Source: Candidatus Kapaibacterium sp.
GTDB lineage: Bacteria; Bacteroidota; Ignavibacteria; Kapaibacteriales; UBA2268
Length of the DNA: 64,000 bases
NCBI GenBank assembly: GCA_963665665.1
Contig: OY762428.1
Coordinates: 4,832,001 to 4,896,000 of the forward strand
Direction: 5' to 3'
Numbering within the stretch: the first letter of the stretch is position 1; every line of letters begins with the position of its first letter. A program made the translations under genes and the position numbers. Below are positions 50,630 through 60,268 of the stretch, in pieces. Under the pieces are notes generated by a model. The model saw nothing but the letters and a program-made list of their open reading frames with translations, searched no databases and was not told where the DNA came from.

Positions 50630-51751
50630 ATGAAAAGAACGAAATTATATCTGACACCGGCATTAATGATCTTATTATCAGTAAGCCTGGCATACACAAC
50701 ACTTGAAGCACAATGGGTAGGAACTTTCACAACAAGCAATTCTTATGATGATAACATTTTCGGTATAAACGAAATGCAGAATGGCATAATTAATTCAAAC
50801 AATCTTTTTATCGGTTATGCACCTGATTCGGCACATTATGCTTTGAGTTATTCTGGAAGGCTGCTTTTTGTAGGAGGAATTGAAGACCTTGGATACAATT
50901 CACACGATCTTGCTTATTCCTATACTTATAAATACGGTGATTATTCGGAAAATTCCCTGGCTGCTCTTCTGAAAGGCCGGGCACGATTCAACAGCGATGC
51001 TTATAATACATATAATAACACAGTATTAATAGCAGGAATTAATTCCGAGCACGAAATTACACAAACCTTTATTCTTAGTTCAGGATACTACTACAGGCAA
51101 AAAGATTACAATAACAGCCCTGATCTGTCTTACTCGGAACACGAGGTATTTACAGGATTCAGGAAGTACCTGGAAACAAATACAAGTATTCATATAAATG
51201 CGGCTTATCAGATAAAATCTGCAAACTCTGTATTCGGATCGTTATTTGAAAAAGGGAAAAACGGGAACAGTGGTGAAAGTTTCAGCCAGATGGAAATATC
51301 TGCAAAAGTGGGACAGTCGCTGGCAGAAAAAACAGGATTGAGCCTTATGTATAAAAGGAAATTCGACCTTGGAAGCGAGAACTATTCCGGAACAATGTCA
51401 TATATTGATTATTTCATGGAAACAGAATTATATGACGATCCATACAGCTATCAAAGCAATGAGTACAGTCTGACATTAACACAGATTTTCCCATGGTCGA
51501 TAATGGCTAAGCTTAGTGGCTTTTACGCTGACAAATCCTATAACTACCTTGTGGATAATCAAATTGATAAAAGATCGGACAGCTATTCTGGAATATCCCT
51601 ATTCGCGCAGAAATCATTCCGGCTTGATTCCGGTGTCATACGCTATATTAACGTCAGTATGAACTATAGTTATATCAACAATGATACAAATCTCGATTAT
51701 TTCAGGTATCATAATAATTCGCTCGGCATTAATTTCAGTTTCGGTTTATAA
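50630..51751 (+). CDS. Predicted outer-membrane beta-barrel protein
   Basis: Signal peptide, YDDNI N-terminal motif, Tyr/Ser-rich amphipathic strands, C-terminal GINFSFGL. Confidence 0.75.
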   Translation: MKRTKLYLTPALMILLSVSLAYTTLEAQWVGTFTTSNSYDDNIFGINEMQNGIINSNNLFIGYAPDSAHYALSYSGRLLFVGGIEDLGYNSHDLAYSYTYKYGDYSENSLAALLKGRARFNSDAYNTYNNTVLIAGINSEHEITQTFILSSGYYYRQKDYNNSPDLSYSEHEVFTGFRKYLETNTSIHINAAYQIKSANSVFGSLFEKGKNGNSGESFSQMEISAKVGQSLAEKTGLSLMYKRKFDLGSENYSGTMSYIDYFMETELYDDPYSYQSNEYSLTLTQIFPWSIMAKLSGFYADKSYNYLVDNQIDKRSDSYSGISLFAQKSFRLDSGVIRYINVSMNYSYINNDTNLDYFRYHNNSLGINFSFGL

Positions 51752-51781
51752 AAATTGATATTTCGTTCTCAGGTGAACAAT

Positions 51782-51819
51782 GCTCTTGCCCGTGGAATTT
51801 CCAGGGCAGGAGTTTTTTT
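51782..51819 (+). terminator. Intrinsic terminator after the beta-barrel gene
   Basis: CTCTTGCCC...GGGCAGGAG stem followed by T7. Confidence 0.7.
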
Positions 51820-51857
51820 ATACAGAAATACCTCATTATTCACTATTTATTACTATA

Positions 51858-52089
51858 GTCAATTGGAGAGCAGCGAAGAATCCATAACCCGCATGAATAC
51901 TGGGTTCTTCACTTTATTCAGAATGACAAATCGACAAATCGTAAATATTTTAAATAAAAAGACATTATCCACATCTTTCCAAAACGAAGGCGGCGTAGCC
52001 ACGGCATTTTTGCAGGAAGATAAACACGGGATAAATAACAGCCCCGTAGGTGCGGCATAAACAAAAGAATATACGGTTCCTACGGAGCT
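51858..52089. repeat. Cluster of degenerate REP-like palindromic elements
   Basis: GTC...GCAGCGAAGAATCC...GGGTTCTTCAC...CAGAATGAC (51858-51927); GGCGTAGCC unit near 51990; AGCCCCGTAGG...CCTACGGAGCT inverted pair (52040-52089). Confidence 0.55.
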
Positions 52090-52158
52090 TTTTATATATC
52101 ATTTCATCATAGCTAAGAGAAGTTTTTTAAAAACAATTTTCAATCCCAATACAAGCAA

Positions 52159-54399
52159 CTACCTTCCCACAACCACGGGCACAGTCCTTGTTGTGCCGCC
52201 AAGCCGTATATTAATAAAATACACTCCTGATGAAACCGAAGAACAATCCCAGTTTATTTCGCCGCGATATACATTCATTTTGTTAATGCTTATATCGCCG
52301 GGCTTGCTAACCAGCTTACCTGTGTAGTCGTGCACTGTTATTGCAGCGTTTTGCATGTCGTACCTACTGTCCCAGTATATTTCCGTACTGACGTGGTTGT
52401 TTGCCGGCTGTGGATAAGGCGGATAGTTGTACATTTTTATACCTTCTGCCCGTGGTTCTTCTACCGGTGTATCTTTATGGAATGTGAATTTAAGTAAATG
52501 ATAACCATTAGCATAAGCATACATTGTATTGTCAAAAAAGCCGTTTATAATTCGAATATAGTAACCAGGAACGGAATCTTGTTTCCAATCATAGGGATTA
52601 TTTTCTAAATCTTCGCAGTATATTAAACAACTGTCTCCTCCTGCTATTATCCTGCTATCCCATTCAATAAAATTTTTATACCCGGATTCATTATCAAGTT
52701 TCAATAATTCATAAGTTCTTGTTTTTATATTAACTTTGTGTAGTGTATGTTTAGCATTTGGATTTTCATCAGGACACCATACATAGCCTCCAAGAAGAAT
52801 ATTATTCCCAAAAATATTAATGCAATTTATTGTAGTATCCATCATTTTCATACTGATAAGGGTATCCCATTTTGCTCCAGGTTCATCTGAATATAAAATC
52901 TGATATACATTGGTATCAGGCGGTGGCCCATTCATTTGCCTCCTGTCAATAGACAGGGCATAATATAAATCATCGTGCTTCAATATTTTAAATATATTGA
53001 CTGTATCAATTATTTCCTTACTAATGAAATTCAAATCAATATCCAGTGTAAACAAAAGTGTAAATAGCCAGGTTTGGCGCTTACCTGGGAAATATATTTT
53101 ATATTCGTCATTTATCCTGATAATTGGCGCTCCAAGATGGAAAGTATAGCTGCTAATTCCATCAATATATTTTGTTTTGTAAGTATCTCCTGCGTCATCA
53201 GTGTAAATTACATTTGGCAAACCTACTGCTGTACCACTTCCAACAAGCAGCCCTCTGCCGTCTTCATTGAAATATGATGTTGAATTTAATGGCCAGTTTG
53301 ATAAATTCTCATCCATTTTTATTTCAGTTTTCCAGGTAATCCCGCCATTAGTAGTTTTATAGACAACGCCTTTATCCATTTTCTGGTAGCCAATATTTTT
53401 ATCCACCCATTGAATTTCTGGCCAGGGTTTATAATATGATATAAAATCCCAATTAATACCACCGTCAGAAGATTTCAAAATTAAATTATCATATCCGTAT
53501 GCATAAATTTCCTGATCATTTACAAAATCAAATCCGACTGGAATTAAAATTTCACAATAACGTTTCAGGTCGGGATTGCTTATCTGTTCATAATCAGGAG
53601 CATTGTTTTTATAGAAATACAACTGATCATTTATTTCTCCAAAACCGCTCTGCTTCAATTGTAATGAATATATTTCATCTTCAATTACATTATATGAATT
53701 GCCAATAATATCCACTTTTGTAAAGGTAACAAAATCGGAACTTTTATAAAGATTGCCGGCAATCTTTAAATAGAAATAGTTCTCTGATTTTTCGAAGCTT
53801 TGTACTTTTCCGGTAGAATCACAATACGACTTTTCCAGAAAATCAATAATTTCCGGTTCGTTATCGATATTATTGTTGTATTTAAAAAGCAACCCGTTTT
53901 CAGTACCTGCTAATAAAAAATCCCCAAAAGTTTCAATTTCACTTATTACAATTCCGCTGTCATAATCTTTAGTATTTAACAAGTTAAAATTATTATCAAA
54001 AGCCAATATTGAATTTTCACAAACAACAATATATTCATCATTGAATTTTACTATATCAATAAATTCTTCATCGGGGGGATTATCTAATTGTTTCTTATAA
54101 ATAACATCACCTTCATCATCAAGACGGAATAATCCGCTTTCATACACCCCGTAAAATCCCCCTGTTTCGCTTCTCATCTTTTTAATATTAAAACCGTTTT
54201 CGGTAATTGTGATTGATTTCCATTCGGAATTATCATGATTGGACCTGTTTATATAATTATTTGTTCCGTATAAGAATACATATTTATCATTTGATGCAAT
54301 TCCCCGGTACTGATAAAATCTCAGGTCTATATAGTCAAATTTCAGCCCGGCATTGGCAGTATAAATAATTAATAAAAGTAACGGTAATATCTTTTTCAT
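52159..54399 (-). CDS. Secreted beta-propeller/BNR-repeat protein with T9SS CTD
   Basis: Signal peptide; SSDGGINW, TTNGGITW, TDDAGDTY repeats; PPYPQPA...SSGVYFI..VPVVVGR CTD. Confidence 0.82.
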   Translation of the reverse strand: MKKILPLLLLIIYTANAGLKFDYIDLRFYQYRGIASNDKYVFLYGTNNYINRSNHDNSEWKSITITENGFNIKKMRSETGGFYGVYESGLFRLDDEGDVIYKKQLDNPPDEEFIDIVKFNDEYIVVCENSILAFDNNFNLLNTKDYDSGIVISEIETFGDFLLAGTENGLLFKYNNNIDNEPEIIDFLEKSYCDSTGKVQSFEKSENYFYLKIAGNLYKSSDFVTFTKVDIIGNSYNVIEDEIYSLQLKQSGFGEINDQLYFYKNNAPDYEQISNPDLKRYCEILIPVGFDFVNDQEIYAYGYDNLILKSSDGGINWDFISYYKPWPEIQWVDKNIGYQKMDKGVVYKTTNGGITWKTEIKMDENLSNWPLNSTSYFNEDGRGLLVGSGTAVGLPNVIYTDDAGDTYKTKYIDGISSYTFHLGAPIIRINDEYKIYFPGKRQTWLFTLLFTLDIDLNFISKEIIDTVNIFKILKHDDLYYALSIDRRQMNGPPPDTNVYQILYSDEPGAKWDTLISMKMMDTTINCINIFGNNILLGGYVWCPDENPNAKHTLHKVNIKTRTYELLKLDNESGYKNFIEWDSRIIAGGDSCLIYCEDLENNPYDWKQDSVPGYYIRIINGFFDNTMYAYANGYHLLKFTFHKDTPVEEPRAEGIKMYNYPPYPQPANNHVSTEIYWDSRYDMQNAAITVHDYTGKLVSKPGDISINKMNVYRGEINWDCSSVSSGVYFINIRLGGTTRTVPVVVGR

Positions 54400-54429
54400 T
54401 ACGTAACCTTTTTAATAAATAAGCAAATT

Positions 54430-54462
54430 ACTCATCCGATCACTTAAAGTGATCGGATGAGT
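54430..54462. terminator. Perfect hairpin between the Cys-rich gene and the T9SS propeller gene
   Basis: ACTCATCCGATCACT-taa-AGTGATCGGATGAGT. Confidence 0.6.
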
Positions 54463-54471
54463 TTAAATAAT

Positions 54472-55086
54472 CTAATCTATATCGCAAGATATCACAAAAC
54501 ATTCAGTCGTCCAGTCCTCATCAGGATCAAATTCTTCTTCATCAGAGAAATCAGGCATTTCTGCGGAACATGTTTCATTATCAATTGACTGAGAATTGAC
54601 TAATTCTCTGAATGTAACAACCGGGGATTGGGTATAATCAGTACATACTTTGTAGAACATCTGACATTCTCCGTCATAGCCGCAATTTAGTATATTACAA
54701 ATACCATTCGTATGGTCGTTTGTAACTTTCCAACATTTTGCCCTGCTCGTAATTACATTGTATGTCATTGCAGGACATTGCGGAAAACTATAATTTTCTT
54801 CCATATCATCAAGAATAGTTGAATTAATAAAACTCCAAAATTCTCCTGTAGTAATATCATTGACACAATCAATATCAATCAATATCCTGTCAATTCTTGT
54901 ATGATATACATTGTTTGGGTCCAGCATCACACATTAATAGATATCAACACGGCAATCTCCGTAATTAACCGAAACAAATTCAGCAACTTCCGGATAAGTA
55001 CAATCTGCCTCTGCTTCCTGAATAAGACTAAGAAACGAAATAAAAAGAACAGCGAATAAAACGATTAGATTTTTGCCTGTTTTCAT
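54472..55086 (-). pseudogene. Cys-rich secreted protein (204 codons) interrupted by one in-frame TAA at 54934-54936
   Basis: AGGAG, then ATG at 55086 gives signal peptide MKTGKNLIVLFAVLFISFLSLIQEAEA-DCTY...DCRVDIY*CVMLDPN..., continuing in frame into the ORF-track 54472..54930 frame. Confidence 0.8.
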
Positions 55087-55428
55087 GGCAAACTCCTGCA
55101 AATTATTAATAAATTGTATTTATTAATAAACAATGATACGGCATTATTCCGTGCCTATTGTTCTTCTTCCATATTATGTTTTTTATTACCGATTTTACGC
55201 ATCAAAAGTTTCCTCTCACCCCATTTTGTCAAAATAAATGGCTTTCAGGGGAAGTATCAACACATTATTTATTTGCTGCACAAAGTAAAAAAAAAAAAAT
55301 GATATTTGCAAGTAAATATACAAAGAATATATATTCATAAAAACACAGCCCACCGTTTGCTTACAATCACTTCTTATTTACCATCATCATGCCTTGCAGG
55401 GCTATTGTATTTCCGGGTACAGCTGTAC

Positions 55429-56154
55429 TTATTTGCCGGATTTTCCTGCTATTTTGAATAGCTGCCTGGCATTTCTGTGGGCATGGCCGCCCATGCAGTT
55501 GTTGAATGCTATAAAACAATCATTTTCCTTGTTATTTTCTTTCAGCGCGGAGGCCATTTTTTCAAGGAAATCACCGGGGTATGGGCTTTTGTACCACTCT
55601 TCAAAGCCATGCAGGCGATAGTAATTAATATCAGAGGTTCGGATATCTGTCAATCTTTGCGCCGGGTGGTCTATATTGGCATAGCTCGTGTTGGTGGATT
55701 CAAGGATATTCAGAGTTTCTTCCCTGTACCAGTCCGGATTCCTTATCTCGATAATCAGTTTAGAGCCAATTCCGAAATCATCAATTACCTGCTTTAGCCT
55801 GTCGGTATAAAAAGGCATTTTCGGATGCATCTGCAGCAGGCATCCGGCAAGCTTTTCGCCAAGAAGGCCGGCTTTTTCGGCAAACTCCCTGCATTCGGCT
55901 CCGCAATCCTGCAGGTATTTTATATGGGTGATATAGCGCGGTACTTTCAGAGCCATTTTACCGCCTTCGGGTATTTTATTCCTCCAGTTCTCGAACGTAG
56001 ATTCCCGGAAGCGCCTGTAGAAAGTAGCATTCACTTCAACGAAACTCAACTTTTCGAAGTAATAATTAAGCCATTTGGCCTTGCCAAGCCTCTGCGGGTA
56101 ATAATCTCCTGCCCATTCGTCGTAGGTCCAGCCTGATGTACCTGTATATATCAT
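55429..56154 (-). CDS. DUF72 family protein
   Basis: GTSGW.Y..W, VEVNATFY, KVPRYITH, EIRNPDW, YYRLHG, FNN. Confidence 0.93.
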   Translation of the reverse strand: MIYTGTSGWTYDEWAGDYYPQRLGKAKWLNYYFEKLSFVEVNATFYRRFRESTFENWRNKIPEGGKMALKVPRYITHIKYLQDCGAECREFAEKAGLLGEKLAGCLLQMHPKMPFYTDRLKQVIDDFGIGSKLIIEIRNPDWYREETLNILESTNTSYANIDHPAQRLTDIRTSDINYYRLHGFEEWYKSPYPGDFLEKMASALKENNKENDCFIAFNNCMGGHAHRNARQLFKIAGKSGK

Positions 56155-56245
56155 TTGTTTCCGTTATATTATTTCAAAATCAAATTTATCAAAAAAAATA
56201 ATTATATTAGCAAAGTCAAATTTTTAAAATGAAATTGAGGTAAAA

Positions 56246-56944
56246 ATGCTTAATCGTTTTTTCAGTATGAAGATTGTTACATTTATTATTCTTTTCTTCT
56301 GTTCTATAGCTATATTATCAGCACAGAAAGACAATGAATTGCAAACAAAACAAAACCAGTCCACAATCGCTCATTGCATAGGTGTTTCAGGAGGTGGAAA
56401 TATATCTGTAATATCCGAACCTGCATTCGGCCTTCCCAACCTTGATTTCATGCCTTCATGGCAGATAATGGCTTCTTACGAGTATAGAATTAACCAAAAT
56501 CCCAAAACAGGCAACAGGCAATTCGATTACGGATTCCGATTAGGAATAGGATATATTGGTAAAGGCCACGATATCGGCGATTACATAAAAACCGACGAAA
56601 CAGGGCAGGTAATAGGAGAAATGAATTCACAGGGAATGAAAAATTACCTGATTTTTCCGATTAATGCTTGTATTTATTATAAAATATTCTACCTGAAGGG
56701 CGGACTTTACGGGGCAAAACTGCTCGATGTTCAGATTACGACAGACGGCAAAACAGAAACATGGAACGAACATAGTTTCGAAACTTTTGACCTTGGAATA
56801 GACCTGGGAGCAGGAATTAATTTCAACATATTCAACAACCTGTCATTATCTTTTGGCTATACATTCCAGCAAACAATTATACACGAGGCCACTGATAAAA
56901 ATACATCCCACTTGCTGGATTTGGGTGTGTTTATCTCTTTGTAG
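56246..56944 (+). CDS. Small outer-membrane beta-barrel (PorT-like/OMP_b-brl type)
   Basis: Signal peptide, NYLIFPI, FDLGIDLGAG amphipathic strands. Confidence 0.7.
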   Translation: MLNRFFSMKIVTFIILFFCSIAILSAQKDNELQTKQNQSTIAHCIGVSGGGNISVISEPAFGLPNLDFMPSWQIMASYEYRINQNPKTGNRQFDYGFRLGIGYIGKGHDIGDYIKTDETGQVIGEMNSQGMKNYLIFPINACIYYKIFYLKGGLYGAKLLDVQITTDGKTETWNEHSFETFDLGIDLGAGINFNIFNNLSLSFGYTFQQTIIHEATDKNTSHLLDLGVFISL

Positions 56945-57042
56945 CGCTTTTGCATATTTGAATTTATTACAAGCAAATGCTGATTATTATTCAAGAAATA
57001 ACGATAATAAATTAATTGAGCAGGATCATCAACGAATTTAAT

Positions 57043-57077
57043 AAAAAAATCCCCGGTTGAAAGCGCCGGGGATTTTT
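57043..57077. terminator. Bidirectional intrinsic terminator
   Basis: AAAAAAATCCCCGG...CCGGGGATTTTT between convergent genes. Confidence 0.75.
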
Positions 57078-57097
57078 CAAAAATATTTCATCAAACA

Positions 57098-58297
57098 TTA
57101 TTTGTTCTTATAGCGGTCGTAGAATTCGGCAATCAGTTTGAATGCTTTTTCCAGTGTTTCTTCAGGGGGAAGAATTACTATTCTGAAGTGGTGTGAACCT
57201 GGTTTCTGTCCGAATCCAGCTCCGGGAACAGTTACAACTCCTGTTTCCTTGATTAGCTCGCCAACGAAATGGAAATCATCTTCAACGTCAATGCTCGGAA
57301 AAGCATAGAAAGCGCCTTCAGGTTTTACAAGAGAAATGCCCGGAATTGTATCAAGCATTTCCATGGCAATATTTCTGCGGCGCTCAAGTCTTGTTTTTGC
57401 CTCTGCAAGATGCGACTGGTCTCCTTCGAGGGCTGCTACTATAGCGTACTGCTCGGGATGGTTTGCACAGAGGCGGGAACGTAAAATTTTATTAACACCT
57501 TCCAGGAACGGAGCCATAATTTCCCTGCGTCCGCTTGCAACGCCCCAGCCAATCCTGAAACCGGGAACAACATAATTCTTGCTCATTCCCGAGAAAGTAA
57601 CACAGGAAACATCCTTATTGAGCGAAGCTATAGAAACTAATTCCTTTCCGTCCAGCAGAAGCTTGTCATAAATCTCATCAGCAAGGATCACAAGGTCGTG
57701 CTCCAAAGCGAGGTCAATTATCTTTAGAAGAGTTTCTTTTTTGCAAATAGAACCCGTGGGGTTATTAGGGTTAATAAGAACGATAGCTTTTGTTTTATCG
57801 TTAATTTTTGATTTAATATCTTCAACATCCGGCTGCCATCCGTTTTCCTCGTCAAGGTAGTAAGGATTGGGTTCAAGCTCCAGCTTGCTCTGAATAGCAG
57901 TGTATAGCGGGTAGCCCGGTGTGGGCATCAGGAAGTTTTCTCCGGCATTCAGAAGCGAAGTCAGGCATATTTCAATAGCTTCGCTTGCGCCTGTTGTAAT
58001 AAATATATCAAGAATATTATCAATGCCCTTGGCATTAGTATCTTTTTCAATGGCTTTTACTGCCTGGTTTATTCCCGAAGAAGGTGAATATCCATTATAG
58101 TTTGCCTTCATGGCCTTGTAAGTTGCTTCAATAACATTTGGCGGTGTAACCCAGTCATAAACATTGGGATCGCCAATATTCAGGTAAAGCATTTCCTTTC
58201 CTGTTTTAGCAGTTTGCTCAGCCATAACAACGATATCCCTGATCGCGTATTTAATATTTTCCGTCCTGCGTGCTGCCTGAATCATCTGGTTTGCCAT
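57098..58297 (-). CDS. PLP-dependent aminotransferase class I/II (AlaA/tyrosine aminotransferase-like); probable start MANQ
   Basis: LNIGDP, PGYPLY, INPNNPTG, ADEIYD, SGMSKNYVVPGFRIGW. Confidence 0.92.
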   Translation of the reverse strand: MANQMIQAARRTENIKYAIRDIVVMAEQTAKTGKEMLYLNIGDPNVYDWVTPPNVIEATYKAMKANYNGYSPSSGINQAVKAIEKDTNAKGIDNILDIFITTGASEAIEICLTSLLNAGENFLMPTPGYPLYTAIQSKLELEPNPYYLDEENGWQPDVEDIKSKINDKTKAIVLINPNNPTGSICKKETLLKIIDLALEHDLVILADEIYDKLLLDGKELVSIASLNKDVSCVTFSGMSKNYVVPGFRIGWGVASGRREIMAPFLEGVNKILRSRLCANHPEQYAIVAALEGDQSHLAEAKTRLERRRNIAMEMLDTIPGISLVKPEGAFYAFPSIDVEDDFHFVGELIKETGVVTVPGAGFGQKPGSHHFRIVILPPEETLEKAFKLIAEFYDRYKNK

Positions 58298-58506
58298 CTT
58301 TATCTCTCCGAAATATATAACTATCGTCAATTAAAACAATTCAAGGTTAGCAACTTAGCCAAGAAGCCCGATTTTTAAAAGCAAATTTTTTGCAGGAATG
58401 AAAAAATGTGTGATTTTTTGATTTTATATTAGCACCCAAAAAAAAGTGCGTCTTTTTCCTTTCTTATGGGTATTATAGTCAAACAGTAGAAATAAATTTT
58501 TAGAAA

Positions 58507-59070
58507 ATGAACAGAGAACTGCAACATATCGATGAAAAAAACCTGGTAAGTCTTTTAATTGAAGAAAAAGGCAAATCCGACCGGGCATTTAACGAGATAT
58601 ATGAAAGATATAAAGCAGACGTATATAAATATTGCACTTACATGACTGATAACATCGACGAGGCAAACGATGTATTCCAGGAAACATTTATCAGGTTCTA
58701 TAATAATATTGACCTAAAAAAACTTGGCAAATCTGTTATTTCCTACCTGATAATAATTGCGAGGAGTATCTGCCTTAATCTGATTAGAAACAGAAAATCC
58801 ACTGTTGAGTTCTCCGAGACAACATTTTCTGTTGACGAAAGAAACCAATACGACAATAACGAGCTTTTCGAATTAATAATTCGATCCCTGGACCTGCTAA
58901 AACCTGAAAACCGTGAAGCTTTTATACTTAAAGAATTGCAGGGATTCAAATACAGGGAGATTGCAGATATCCTTGATATTAGCGAGTCTTCTGCCAAAAC
59001 AAAAGTAGCAAGGGCAAAAGTAAAAATAACGAAAATTCTTCAACCTTACATTAGTGAATTGAAACAATGA
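58507..59070 (+). CDS. ECF sigma-70 family RNA polymerase sigma factor
   Basis: AFNEIYERY, ANDVFQETFIRFY, REAFILKELQGFKYREIADIL..AKTKVARAK. Confidence 0.93.
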   Translation: MNRELQHIDEKNLVSLLIEEKGKSDRAFNEIYERYKADVYKYCTYMTDNIDEANDVFQETFIRFYNNIDLKKLGKSVISYLIIIARSICLNLIRNRKSTVEFSETTFSVDERNQYDNNELFELIIRSLDLLKPENREAFILKELQGFKYREIADILDISESSAKTKVARAKVKITKILQPYISELKQ

Positions 59071-60221
59071 ACGATTATGAAAAAATATATGATTACTTAG
59101 AAAGCTCCCTCGAACCTGAGGAAGAACAGCAGCTTTTTGCACGGATAAGCGCTGATTCCGAATTAAGAGATTTCTTTGGTAATACCATAAGAATCAATAC
59201 TTCCCTTAAGGAAAACGATCGTGAGATTCTTCCGCCGGATTCACTAAAAGGAACTATATTTTCCTCTCTCGGCCTTTCTGGAGACAACCCTGAAATGAAA
59301 GAAGCTCCCGTTAAATCCAAATTGTCGAAACGTTATTTACTCTGGCTGCTGCCGCTCCTATTAGCATCTATTTTTATCTATGATCATTATGAATCCAAAC
59401 TATCCGGCCTTGAGGGCCAGGTGCAAGCTTTGAATCAGAAGATTGAAGAAGGGATTAAACTGGCTGACAATACTCCCATGCAGGATAAGCAGACTGTAAA
59501 TAGTCAGGTTGCCATAAAGAAATCAATTCCACAAACAGATAACAAAGAAAAATATAATGCAGTGATAAACAAAAATGATTCATTCAATTCAATAAGAAGC
59601 GAGGGTTGTTTTATTAACCCGTCATCGGCAAAATTTTCATCAAAAATAATGAAGGTTAGTACCCCCGCTACTGATTTTCAAAATTATTATCAATCATATC
59701 CAATGATATCCAATTTATTGGCTCTCTCGGGACCTGATTCAACCGGGCCGTTTTCACTTGAGATAGGCGGAATTTTTGCCGGCGGAATTCAGAATTACAA
59801 TTTTGCCGCTAATGATTTCGGCCCACTGCATGACAATTTGATCGGTATTAATTACTCAATGGATGAGAATTGGAACTTTGGGCTCATATTCCGCAGAGAA
59901 GAATTCCTGCAGGAATTCACCGGACATGAAGCTGACAGTAATTTCAGATACAAGCAGGAGCAAACACTTACCAGCCTGGACTTTAGGGTATTGTATAAAA
60001 CCGCAGTCCTGCCTTATAGCGATTTTTACCTTGCAGGTTCCGGCGGAATAAACACTTCGGGTTTTGTATTCAGGGGTAGTTTCGGCCTAGACATTAAGGC
60101 TATGAACAATATTACATTCAGGTTAGGATATAATTATTCTCGCCTGTTCTTTAAATACCAGGGAAACAGTTTTCAGTCCGATAAATCAGGACTACAATAT
60201 AGTATATTATACAGATTCTAA
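59067..60221 (+). CDS. Putative dual-membrane-spanning anti-sigma factor (N-terminal ASD-like region, TM, linker, C-terminal beta-barrel)
   Basis: ATGA overlap with the sigma gene; DYLESSLEPEEEQQLF N-terminus; KSKLSKR then hydrophobic helix; low-complexity linker; amphipathic strands ending YSILYRF. Confidence 0.72.
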   Translation: MNDYEKIYDYLESSLEPEEEQQLFARISADSELRDFFGNTIRINTSLKENDREILPPDSLKGTIFSSLGLSGDNPEMKEAPVKSKLSKRYLLWLLPLLLASIFIYDHYESKLSGLEGQVQALNQKIEEGIKLADNTPMQDKQTVNSQVAIKKSIPQTDNKEKYNAVINKNDSFNSIRSEGCFINPSSAKFSSKIMKVSTPATDFQNYYQSYPMISNLLALSGPDSTGPFSLEIGGIFAGGIQNYNFAANDFGPLHDNLIGINYSMDENWNFGLIFRREEFLQEFTGHEADSNFRYKQEQTLTSLDFRVLYKTAVLPYSDFYLAGSGGINTSGFVFRGSFGLDIKAMNNITFRLGYNYSRLFFKYQGNSFQSDKSGLQYSILYRF

Positions 60222-60268
60222 TATCGCGATATATTTTCTTAGATCAATTATTAAATCAATTACTAAAA

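Noticed and set aside
54934-54936. Programmed recoding (Sec/Pyl or alternative genetic code) at the internal stop
   Set aside because: The codon is TAA, which ends many genes in this window; Sec uses TGA and Pyl uses TAG
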